Positions 1-30,214 of a stretch of DNA of 64,000 nt are shown here, piece by piece. Source of the stretch: Amoebidium appalachense (lineage: Eukaryota > Protista > Ichthyosporea). Positions within the stretch are counted from its first letter, which is position 1. Every line of letters begins with the position of its first letter. Where the stretch lies: assembly GCA_963693365.1 (NCBI GenBank), contig CAVNZM010000008.1, forward strand, positions 1,798,001 to 1,862,000. Reading direction: 5' to 3'. The translations under genes and the position numbers were made by a program. The notes beneath the pieces were generated by a model, which did no database searches, had not been told where the DNA came from, and worked only from the letters and a program-made list of their open reading frames with translations.

Positions 1-509
1 GCTTTTCTCAGAAGGTCGCGCGATATCATTTAGTCTAAAAAGTCAAACTCTAACATTGTATACTTATTATAGGCTGCTTTGATTCCTGGCGGACCAATTG
101 ATAATGATGACGTCGGCTTACGCTGATTGAGTGCTGCTGCTTGGAAACAGAGCCACAGCTGAGATAGTCGACGGTGTAGTCAGTATGTGTGCCAGCAGCA
201 GAGTGACCTATATGTGCACGGAGTGAATGAATAATCGAGTTGTGGGGGCACTCTCAGTAACATTAGGTACCCACGCTCCATTCTTTGCTGTGGGCCTGCC
301 GCTTTCCGTGGGGCTATGCAAATCATATGGATAAAGTAAGGCAAAGATAGAAGAAGTAAGAGGCCCACGGCCATAAAGAATAACACAACAGACAGCCGTT
401 GTTTCTATAGACGAGGCGGCGTGGGAATGGCACCCGACTACAGTGATGGTTGAGTTTGGAGAGAGAGAAGGAAGGAGAGAGGCCTTGGTGCAAAGAAGAA
501 AACATCAGA

Positions 510-815
510 ATGTCTAAGTACGATAAACAGGATGTTGTGCAGTAAGTTGGATCTCCCCCCTCCCCAATCCCCACCCGCCCTTCTCACTCCCTTTTTGTCT
601 CTCCCTCTCTTCTCCCCCTCCCATACCTTTCTCCCTCTTCCCCCCCCCCCCCCCTCCCTCCCCCACTCCCTCCCCTACCATCTTTCAGCACTCCCCCGTG
701 TCCATCACCTACACTCTCTCTCTGAGATCCCCAGCCCCTCCCTCCCTCCTCCCGCACACAAGTACCCTGCATTTGCACGCACAGACACGCACAAACACAC
801 GCATACACACACTCA

Positions 816-856
<41 letters not shown>

Positions 857-869
857 CGTTTTCTCTCTC

Positions 870-906
<37 letters not shown>

Positions 907-3471
907 CCCCCCCCCCCCCCCCTCTCCGCCTCTCCCCCGTCTCTCTCTCTCTCTCCCTCTTTCGCTCTCTCCCTCCCTGCATCCGCCTTCTTCTCCCCGT
1001 GCACCTATGTAATCCCTTCTCCCCCCTCCTCCCCCCCCCCTCCCCACACACACACACGTGCCCACCCACCTCGCTTTTGCTTTCCAGATCTTTCTACTCC
1101 CACAGCTATGCTGCTTTGCTTTTCGGGGACAAAGTGGTCGAAGAGGGGAAAACAGGTGGGGAACGCCAAAAACATTTGGTGTAGTTATTCTTGGAAATGC
1201 GGTAATGTTCTTTGCTGCAGAATTAAACATGACCGAGTTGTGCTCGTGAGTGCAGTATGGAACCAACACTACTACACGGCACACACAGCTAAGCAGGGAG
1301 GAAAATGAGGGCGGAAAAAATCAAGGAATTGTCAAGTGGGAGTTGCTGTGTAGATTGGAGGAACATCATGGTCTAGATGGAAAGAGCTAGAGATGACTGG
1401 AAGAGAAGCGAGTGGAAAAAAGGAAAGAAGAGGTGCGTGGGGAGTGGGGGGGGGGGGGGGGGAGGGGGGGCAAGGGAGGATAAGAGAAGGAGAATAAAAG
1501 AAGGGGGATAAGAGAGGGAGGGGGAAAGGGAGCAGCGGTTTGGGGAAGGAAGATAGATATTCTAAGGGTAGAGAACAACTTGATGGTATAAAGGGGAACA
1601 AAAAGTGACGAGAAGAAATATTGGGTATGTCAAATCGGGGAGAGGGCGGAGGTTGGGGGACTGGAGAGGGAGAGGGTGGGGGCGCGGGGAGGTTAGACAA
1701 AGGGCAGAGAGGGGTGAAGGGAGGAAGGGTGGGGGGAATGGGGGGAAAGGGGTGGGGGGGGGGGGGGGGGAGGGAAGGGGGGGGGGGGGGGGGGGGGGAG
1801 AGAGAGAGAGAGAGAGAGGAGACAATGAGATAGAGATGTATTGGTGTGTGGGTGGGAGGGGTGGATCGATGACTGTGGTGCTCTTCGTTATGATAGGATC
1901 CTTCAAGTCAAACGGCATTTTTTCAGTGCATGCATGATCAATTAGATTTATGTTGCTTGGTTTCACATTACCAATTAGAGGCAGGGCACAACTTTGGAAC
2001 TTAACACACACACGGGGGGGGTCCAGAGATGACAGCTTGGGCGAAGAGGAGGAGGAGGAGGAAGGAGAGTACGAGGTGGAGAGGATCGAATACAGAATAT
2101 GGAGTGTACGTGGCCCTGCAATCCCCATATTCCATGTTTGGATGATTCAGCTTTTCGCTTTGATTTTTGTTGTTTGTCCCCACATGGCTTAATGCATTAT
2201 CCCCCCCCCTTCTCCCTCCCTTCCACACACACACACATTTGTATATGAGGTGAATGGGTCGAAACTTGTGTTGCAGTTGATGACTTGGGCCTTCCTGAGA
2301 ATGGGCTCTGCTTATGCAAATTACTTTTGTGTGTGCTTTTCACGATCTGCATTATGTTGCCTGTCGTGAGTGTATACTTTGTCCTCTGTAACACATTCCA
2401 CCTTCCCCCCCCCCCCCCCCCCCCCACTTCCCCCCTCCCCTACCCACCCTCCGGGTTCTGCATCTGCCGAAGTATTAGGTCTATGTTTTCTGTGGACTCG
2501 ACTATAACCCCCCCCCCTCCCCCCCCCCCCCCCCTCTTTTTTTTTTTTCTGTGCTTCCTCATGCTCCTCCGGGCACCTGCTTCTATGTGCACTATTTATA
2601 TGTGCCCCCCCCCCCTCCCCCCCCCGGCCCCTTTCCTTCTCCAAAGACACTGAGCAGCCTTTACCTCTCTTCAACCTCCCACCTGCCTCCCCCCCCCCCC
2701 CCCCCCCCCCCTCCGGGGGGGCACACACACAAACTGTCACCGTTCTCTTACTCCCCCTTTCTCCTCCTCACCTCTTTCATCCCCTACCCTCCTCGTCCGT
2801 CCTCCCTCCCCTCTCTTACACACACACACATCCCACCCACCCACCCCCCTCCCTTTTTCTCGCTCTCTCGCCCTACGTGTGTGTTCCGTCTTTGTGTGCC
2901 TCCACTCCTACTGAGCCTCCCCCCCCCCCCCCCCCCCCTCCTGCCTGCCCACCCGCCGCAACTGCCCACCGGCGCTCTACCCCACAATTTCTTTTTACTA
3001 GATCGTAAATTGATATTAACATGCCTCGCCTCCCACCACACACGCTTCGTATCCTGCCCCCTACAAGAAGAACCATCTCTGGTTTGCATAATGCACTCTT
3101 CCTTCCCTTCCACACCATGCATGTATTTTATTCTCTTATGCCGGTTGCTCGGCCCCGTTTTTCATGCTTCTCAAAAATATTCTTCACTGCTCTCTGATCA
3201 TTCTCTCTCTTTTTTTGGGTTTGAAGAAATTTTCATCACGAACCTGAAAACCATGTTGTCAGTTTAAAGAAACTCGATGATTGTTTTTTTTCATCTTCAC
3301 TTTTTTTAAGGGGTTTTTATGTGCCATCGAAAGCTGATGTGTGTTGTTGCTTACAGTCACAGGACCAAAAGATGCTGTATTGCATCAAGTGGAAGGGCTT
3401 TCCAGAAGAGAACAACACCTTCGAGCCAAAGGAAAACCTCTCAGAGGCCCTGCAGGCTATATGCGATGTAC

Positions 3472-3563
<92 letters not shown>

Positions 3564-3567
3564 TGTG

Positions 3568-3647
<80 letters not shown>

Positions 3648-5513
3648 CGTGCGTGCGCACGTGTGTGTTCATGGGTGTAGATGTGTATGTGTGTCCCTGT
3701 GCGTGAGTGCGTGCGTGCATGTGTGTACATGCTTTTTTTTTATGTGTGTGTGTGTGTGTGTTGGGGGGGGGGGGGGGGAAGGTGTGCGCGCGTGTTGTGT
3801 CTGGAAAAGGGTAGAGAGAGAGCGAGAGAGGGAGAGGGGGAGCGGGAGCGGGGGGAAGGGAAACAGAGCAAGAGAGAAGAAAAAGGAAGAGGGACAGGGA
3901 GGCAAAGAACTTGAGTGTGTGGGGGGAGGTGAGGTTGAATGGTTGTTAGGGGAGCTCGGCAGTGGAGTTTTCTTTTAACGGCTGATGACAACGAGTTGTA
4001 AGGAGTGAAGGGGAGGGAGGAGGGAGGGATGAAGAGCAGCCTGTATGTGTACAGTAATTTGCCTAAAACGGCCACCCTTTCGCACCATGTACGGGCGGTG
4101 ACTAGAGAACTATAGAAGTATACTATACGAAAAAAAACAAAAAAGAACACTATAAATAAGAAAAATACTAAATCTTTTATTTCTACTAAGCATGTACATA
4201 TGTAGAGCTGCATATAAGTATGTTTTTTTGCTTGCGACGCCGATGATGAATTCTGGTGGTAAATTTTTGATCTGTGGTAAATCGGCCACCCCGGGCGGGA
4301 ATCGGTCAGATTCGGCCAAATTGGCAGTCCAGATTCCTCAGTCTTAAAAAGGTTGACAAAACGTCCTTGTAGGCGGTGTCGCTCTCATAGGTTTCGCAGC
4401 GCAAGCGCTTTCTTAATATCGCTGGAAAGGTAAGGAAAAATGCTTTCTAGAGGTACCCTGCACTTTAGGCTAGCGCGATTCTTGCGATACTAGCGATTGA
4501 AATCCAAAAGGTGGCCGAATTAACACGCTGACCGATTTAGGCAATTTACTGTAGTGCTAGTCACTCCACTTAGGACAGATGGTTTGCCTGCGTGTTTGTG
4601 TGTCTTTATTTTGGTTTAGCCTTTGTACATGTCTGTGCCTGTGTCTGAATATTTTATCCCTCTGCCCCTCCCCCTACCCCCCCCCCCCGGTTCCCCCTCT
4701 TTCCTCCTTGCCTCTCCCCCTCCCCCCCCCCCCCCTCCCCCCCCCCCCCCCCCCCCCCCCCGCCGCCGCCGGGAGCGTCGTATATACGCGGGCGAAGGGG
4801 TCGAAACTCAGACGCAAATGATGACTTGGGTCCTCCCTGAGGATGGGCTCTGCTTATGACACATACTGTGCACATGGCTGATGTTGCATACTTGAATGTT
4901 AGCTTTGCATGTGTCCTGCACCATGCTTCTCGTCGTGTATGCGTACTTCGTACCGTGTTCCGCATTCAAACTCCCCCCCCCCCCCCCCCCCGCCGGGCCG
5001 CCGCCGCCGCCGCTCCACCCCCCTCTCTCCCCCCCCCCCCCCCCCCCCCCTCCCCTCTCCCCAAGGGATTTCACCGAAGCCTGCATGTACAGATACGTTC
5101 GTTGTGACATTACCAGAGCCCATTGTATCTATTGGTCGTCTCTGGGCATGTTTTTCCATCTCAATGGATTTTATGTGCTACTCAGCTTTGACACCAAGTA
5201 TTGGGGTAACTTGGTGGGTATGAATTGACTGTGGGGTAACTTAACAGGAAGTGGAGGAGAGGAAAGTTATGAAGAAGGTGGTGACGCACAAGGTATGTGT
5301 GGTATGGGTGGTGTTCGTGTTATGTGTGGTATTTGAGCAATGTGTGGCATGTGGGGGAGGTTTCGTGGCATGTGTGTTATGGCGAAATCTAAAATATGCA
5401 GATGCCCTGTTGCGTTTATGATCTTGGCAAGAATGTGTGTTGCAGATTGTTTTTTTCGACTAGGGGGCCCCTCCGTCTATCTATCTTTCCCTACACTTTC
5501 CGTACACAAAAAA

Positions 5514-5545
<32 letters not shown>

Positions 5546-5691
5546 GGGGGGGGGGGGGGGGGGGGGGGTCTAGAAGTAGAAGACTGGAGCTGTGTGCTTC
5601 GTGTATGTGGAGTGGTGAGAGTTTTTTTTTTTTTTTTTTTTTTTTTGGGGGGGGGGGGGGGGGGCTTTCTTTTTTTTTTTTTTTTGGGGGG

Positions 5692-5723
<32 letters not shown>

Positions 5724-6116
5724 GCTGAATAGGAGGAAAAGATAGTTCGGAGGAATAGGGAGGTGGAGAGGAAGGGATATGGGGGAAGCACCACACAACA
5801 CGCACACATACGTGCACACGACACACACAAATCTGCGTATGGACGCGCATGTGCACACGAACACGCACACAGAGCACACACGCATGTACTACACATGCTC
5901 AAGCACCACTCACAACACACATACCTTTACTGCATATATGTGCGTGCGCGCACACACACACACACACACACCCCTCCCCCCCCCCCCCCCCCCCCCCCCC
6001 CCCCGCCCGTTCTCCCTCTCTCTCTCTTCCTCCTTCCCCGAGTATTCCTCTCCCTCTCCCTCTCTCTCTCCGCCTCTTCCACACAGCAGAGAGAGAGACA
6101 GACACACGTGCGCGCG

Positions 6117-6206
<90 letters not shown>

Positions 6207-6397
6207 ACACCACTCTCACTGCCATCCTCGTGACAAGGCAAGAGTTGTTAGTAGAGAACAACAACTTCGGAAGCAACACTTTGCTTACAAACCACACACA
6301 CTCCCTTGGGTTCCAACAAGGGAAAATGCCACTCCCCTCCCCTCGCCCCTACTCACACACACAGACGCACACACACACAAACACACACACACACACA

Positions 6398-6453
<56 letters not shown>

Positions 6454-7441
6454 TCTCTCTCTCTCTCTCACCCCCCTCCCCCTGTGTTGTCCGTCGTTCA
6501 AGGATACTCCGTACTCTGTAACGCAATCTAACCCCTTGGGCCCCAGCCCCCCCCCCCCCCCCCTCCCCCCCCTTCTCCCTCTCCCTTCCTGCACACATTG
6601 ACTTTTTCTTCCTTTCCTTCTACAGCCAGCATCCGCAGGCAGAGGTACACGAGGCATCAAATACTTTGTGGTGTGGGATGGGGAGGAGGGATCCGGGTCA
6701 GATGGGGAGGACATATACTCTCAGGATGAAAGGGATATCCCTGAAGCCTTATTGGATGATTACTGGAGGAGGGCAAAGTTTTTGAAGGGCGCTGCGAGGG
6801 GTAAGATATTGGTGAAAGAGAGGAGGGATAGCATTAGAAGGAAAAGAAGGGAGGAGTATGAGAAGGAGGTGAGTGATGAGGAAGAGAGTCCAAGAAAAAA
6901 GATGAAAAGGGAGGAGGAGAGAAGGAAGGAGGAAAGACCAAAGAAAAAAAAATCGAGGTTGGATGTTGATAGTGAGGTAGAGCACTTGAGACGGGCGCTC
7001 GAAGGGGAATCGGATGAACCTAAAAAGGAAATCGGATTGGGGAGGAAGGATAAGGATAATAGGAGTGATAGGAGGGATGGGGAGAGAGGGAGGAAAGAAG
7101 AGGAGGAGAAGAAAAAGAAGAAGAAGAAGAGGGTGGATGATGAAAACGGGAGGGAAAAGGGAAGGAGAGAGGATGAGAAAACATTCGCGAAAGAAGATGG
7201 GATTAAGCGGAAAAAGGAATATACAGACACAGATGCACGAACAAAGGAAAAGCGAAAGAATGATGAATCGACTGAACGAAAACGCGAAAAGAATGAAGGG
7301 GAAACGGGGATGGAAAAGGGTAGCAAGAAGAACGTTTGTTTAGAATGCAAGGGAAAGGCGAGCCCCTTTTTTATTAACTGGTGTTCTGAGGAATGCCGGT
7401 GGGCGTATTTGGAAAAATTGACTGAAACGATACTCCATTGA
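510..7441 (+). CDS. Chromodomain protein (one canonical plus one divergent chromodomain, long Lys/Glu/Arg-rich region, C-terminal CxxC...CSxxC zinc finger), about 407 aa
   Basis: GT-AG exons 510-541, 1088-1155, 1221-1245, 1979-2105, 3357-3467, 5248-5292, 6626-7441 join in frame. EEEGEYEVERIEYRIWS|SQDQKMLYCIKWKGFPEENNTFEPKENL matches the chromodomain pattern. A second chromo-like unit reads KVMKKVVTHK...IKYFVVWDG...DIPEALLDDY. C-terminal CLECKGKASPFFINWCSEEC. The start codon and first three small exons are tentative. Confidence 0.8.
2253..2316 (+). mobile_element. Degenerate internal fragment of interspersed repeat family A
   Basis: gggtcgaaact...ttgatgacttgggccttcctgagaatgggctctgcttatg matches the copies at 4771 and 43561. 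Confidence 0.7.
4052..4551. mobile_element. Tc1/mariner (pogo-like) MITE, 500 bp, in a chromodomain-gene intron
   Basis: Left end TA|CAGTAATTTGCCTAAAACGGCCA; reverse complement of right end TA|CAGTAAATTGCCTAAATCGGTCA. CAGT-starting TIRs with TA at 4050-4051 and 4552-4553. Internal TIR-like motifs at about 4279-4320 and 4510-4521. No transposase ORF. Confidence 0.85.
4771..4971 (+). mobile_element. Interspersed structured repeat family A (SINE-like), truncated copy between poly(C) runs
   Basis: Near-identical to 43612-43812 and to the reverse complement of 13114-13300. Ends ...ccgcattcaaac followed by poly(C). Confidence 0.85.
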
Positions 7442-8250
7442 ATTTGTCGATTACTCGGCTAGATAGGGCAATTGAAATGAAATTCAGACTTTTTAGTTAT
7501 GATGTGGGTCTGGACCTGCTAGTTGTGTCCTATTATAAGTGATCACATAAATGATTACGATTACTGAGTATAGAGCATAAAATCCTTCCGTATGAGAAAT
7601 ACTTGTGCTTTAATATAATAAATGCTCGGTTCGAATGCGACACCTATAACTGCATTTCGAGGGTGCGTGTTTGGTTGCGGAGGGGGGGGAGGGGGGGGGG
7701 GGGGGGGGGGGGGGGGACATGCTCTTTGCAGATTCAGTGGTGCATATACATGCCAGGACCTACAAATTGAATACATTTATGCGCTGCACGTGCACGCACA
7801 CATTATCACATGGCTGGCAAGTAGATGCATGTGTACACCATAGACGTATGATATACTAGTTGGATCATCCACATTTACATGCACGCATTGCACACATGCA
7901 CTGTATGTACACAGAACACACACACACACTGCAGCCACACACACACATGCATGTGCCAGCCCCGTACAAACAAACACGCATGCACATGTGTCCTGATTTT
8001 CACCCCTAACACTTCGTGCCATGCATGTGGCCCATTATACATATGTTATCCTTTAGATGACGTGCACGCGAAGACCGGGAGAGTACTAAAAGTCATAACT
8101 GAATGTATCCAATGATATGGCAGCCACTGCACCTTCAGATCCCCCCAGAGCAGTCGATACTGAAAGCCAGAAGTGTGTCCGTTAACAAATTGCGCATGCA
8201 TGTACATGTCACGGTCTTTCTTAGTCCAGATCTCGGCCTCCTCCCCCCTC

Positions 8251-8282
<32 letters not shown>

Positions 8283-8622
8283 ACCCACCCACCCACCCAC
8301 CCACCCTCTTTCCTTTCCCTTTTCCCAAGGCTCGGAGCATTGTGTGGAATATAGATTTCGCACCCGCTGATCATGAATATTTATTTCTTCGGCCGAGTGG
8401 TGGTGGTGGTAGTATATTGGTGAGTATGTAGTGTGTTTGTGTGTGCCCGCGCCCGTGTGTGCACGGACATGTGTGTGGTGGTGGTGGTGGTGGTGTGTCT
8501 CCGGGGGCCGGGGGGGGGGGGGATGTGCGCGCTAGGGTTGGAAAAATGGAGGAGACAACAAAGAGCAACAACAAAAACGTCACAAAAATGAGAAACCCCA
8601 AATCAAACAATTTAAGAGTGCA

Positions 8623-8666
<44 letters not shown>

Positions 8667-9096
8667 TTCGTGCAACGGATGACCGATTTCGATACGGTGA
8701 TGACATTCACTACAGTTTTACCTTACGAGCTCGATCAAAAAGACCATTTCACACACCAGCCACGTGCACACCGAGCTGTAAACAAACCTTTATCTGCATG
8801 TGGCTCAACCACTGTGACACCGTGCAAGGTGTGTGGGCCCAACCCATAGGCATAATTTACTCGTATTGAATGTGCAGCATGCATTCTCTTGAGTCTCTGG
8901 GCGATATCATACACTTATAACTGCCAGGTATCAAGATAAACGAAGCAAAAGCAGTAGGATTTTTGTTACAATAATAGCCAGTTATCACCAAGGTTGTGTT
9001 GTGTGGTCGAAATGCATCCCCCCCTCCCCCCCCCATCTCTCCCCCCGCCTTATCTCCCCCCCCTCTGCTCCATATAAGGGGTGCAATAGGGACTGC

Positions 9097-17763
<8,667 letters not shown>

Positions 17764-18081
17764 TCTTCCCTGAAGAGCACCTGAAAAAAAAAATGAAAAA
17801 AATAAAAAAGAACAAACTCAAAACCTTCAAAACTTTGTGTGATCCGCGAGGGGCCTTCAAATTTTTTTTGAGAAAAAGCTGAGAGGCGTCGTTGATTGGC
17901 TAAATCCGCACCAAACAGTTGTAACCAATCCGTATTCACCATGTAAACCTATATATGGCTAATACCCAATTTACATAAACCTGCACGGTGCGCACGGTTT
18001 CCCGGCCGCCGTGCATGTCAGTGACACAGGAGGAGGAGAATATCAGGCAGGGCATCTGCCTGTAGAACAATAGTTGGAAAA
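17764..18081. promoter_or_regulatory. Short bidirectional promoter between malectin and the Tudor/PHD/MYND gene
   Basis: Head-to-head ATGs about 320 bp apart, microsatellite-free, CCAAT boxes in both orientations (gattgg at about 17894, ccaat at about 17924 and 17967). Confidence 0.6.
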
Positions 18082-24024
<5,943 letters not shown>

Positions 24025-24479
24025 GGGGGGTTTATCTTTTGAGAATGGAAGTAGAGTATTGGGGATACGGGTCGGTGAGTAGGTTGTGTGCTTGTTATGT
24101 ATAATTAATTAGTGGAATGAATGATCGTATTTATTAGTCTCTATCTTTCGATGGCATTGATTCCTGTGTAGATCCACCAGAAATTATTTAAGTTATGTGA
24201 CGCGCAAATGTACTTTGTTCGATCAAATGACTTAAAGTGGCATGCAAATGTAGTCAATGACATCGACACACACGTGCACACCAAGAATAACAAACACGCA
24301 CACCCACACGCATCAGCCATGCACCAGGTTCGTGTGCTCCAGATCCCTGGCCATGGCTCGACCGGTCTGGTGCTTTGAACGTTACATCTGCAGGCAAACG
24401 ATGAGAACTAAAATCTGTACAGTAATCTGGCTGATGTCCGTTTTGGCGTCCATGTACATGTACCGCACATTTGCACTCC

Positions 24480-24512
<33 letters not shown>

Positions 24513-24594
24513 CGCTGGAACTGGCCCTAGGAGAACTTCAGGGGCTCTGCTTATGATCCCTGCTGCATTGCGCACGCTACCGTGTATGCTAGCG

Positions 24595-24668
24595 CTTAGG
24601 TGACTTGCGTTGTCCGTTGTTATTATGTGCACTTAGGTGACTTGCGTTGTCCGTTGTTATTATGTGCA
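24595..24668. repeat. 37-bp perfect tandem duplication next to a degenerate family-A-like fragment
   Basis: cttaggtgacttgcgttgtccgttgttattatgtgca twice; gggctctgcttatga at about 24542 and acttcgtacc at about 24668 resemble family A. Confidence 0.75.
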
Positions 24669-25923
24669 CTTCGTACCCTGTATGTAGCGCTTTCCAACAA
24701 CCCCCTCGCAGGAACATGTGCATGCAACACGCCCGGCCCTCGATTCAGGCTGAAAGTTTCTGCGTTTACGCACATGACATGCTAAGACTTCAAAATGGAA
24801 AGAACTTCTTTCAGAGTCCTACTAGTATCATGCACGTGCCGCCCTCATGTGCATGCCAGCGGTGGCAATGAAGTGCATGCTGCCCCTTCTGGGTACTAGC
24901 CTGCAATCGGTTGTTCAAACATGTGTCGTTGTGTGTTGGACTTCTCTGGCGCAGTGTTCGTGTTTGTGCAAGCAGACTTGTGTATTTGTTTTCAAGTGCA
25001 TGTGTGTGTACACGCTTGTGATGGAGGGGAGAGGGGGGGGGGGGGGGGGGGGGGGTTGAACGGGTCACTTGCATTTGGCATGGCAGATTGTGCCGTTGTG
25101 ATTGCCTTAGAGATATCTACTGTACATTTGTTTGTTCCGGTTGTCTAGTCAGCTTTTGCCCAGCCAACTCCATATCTCCCGCGGTATCTTCAAGTTAACC
25201 GCACCTCACGGCCGTGCGACAGCTATGCATGTCCAAAAAACCAAAAAGAGTGGGGATAAACACTAATACTGTACAGTTTGGTTATTTCTTACAAGAAATA
25301 TAAAACGGAACGTAAAACCTGACCAACTTGAACTGCCACAAGACTTCACAAAACTGTCGATGATGTGAAGTGTGCGTGTGTGTGTGTGTGTGCGCGCGCG
25401 CACGCGTGTGCGCGCGCGCGCGCGTGTGTGTGTGGTGTGTGGTGTGATTGCCATTATGCATCTGTGGTGTGAGTGTGGGTGTTTGCATCACGCGGGCAAT
25501 AATGTTGTCATCTGTATCGCAGCCATGCATGCCAGCGTGTATCAAAGAGAATCACGTACCTGTCCATTCTAATATTTGAAAAGGGTGTCAGCCAGCAAAA
25601 AAGTTTCTAATCTAAAAAAATGGGAAAGCGATATTCGCGCATTTTTAACTTAATTCAGCCATGACCACTGTCTTCATCAGCTCTCGAAATCAAGGGGCTA
25701 TCCCTGCTTCAATAGTCCTAATTTATAAGAATTCCCCTCTAGGGGTCAGAGAAGGGGGGAAAAGAAGAAAAAGCAAAAAATCAAAAAAATCTTCTGTCCG
25801 AACAACTATATTAGGCCTAAAATTTCGGCGCAAAACACCATGTCCCGCTCTTCGCCGCAACCACATCCTCCCTCCACTCCTCCATTCCCCCATTCCTTGC
25901 ATTCCACACATTCCACTCTCCCC

Positions 25924-30214
<4,291 letters not shown>

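Noticed and set aside
444-446. In-frame TGA as possible selenocysteine or readthrough
   Set aside because: No redox motif, homology or recognisable SECIS.
1897-1925. Possible extra chromodomain-gene exon
   Set aside because: Phase does not match the best downstream acceptor; 1245 splices directly to 1979 in frame.
4148-4556. CACTA-like ends (cactata...tgtagtg)
   Set aside because: A longer TIR pair with TA flanks at 4052-4551 explains the element better as Tc1/mariner type.
7627-7640. B-box-like GGTTCGA motifs (also near 29668, 34049 and 34270 minus)
   Set aside because: No A box or cloverleaf could be built; no tRNA called.
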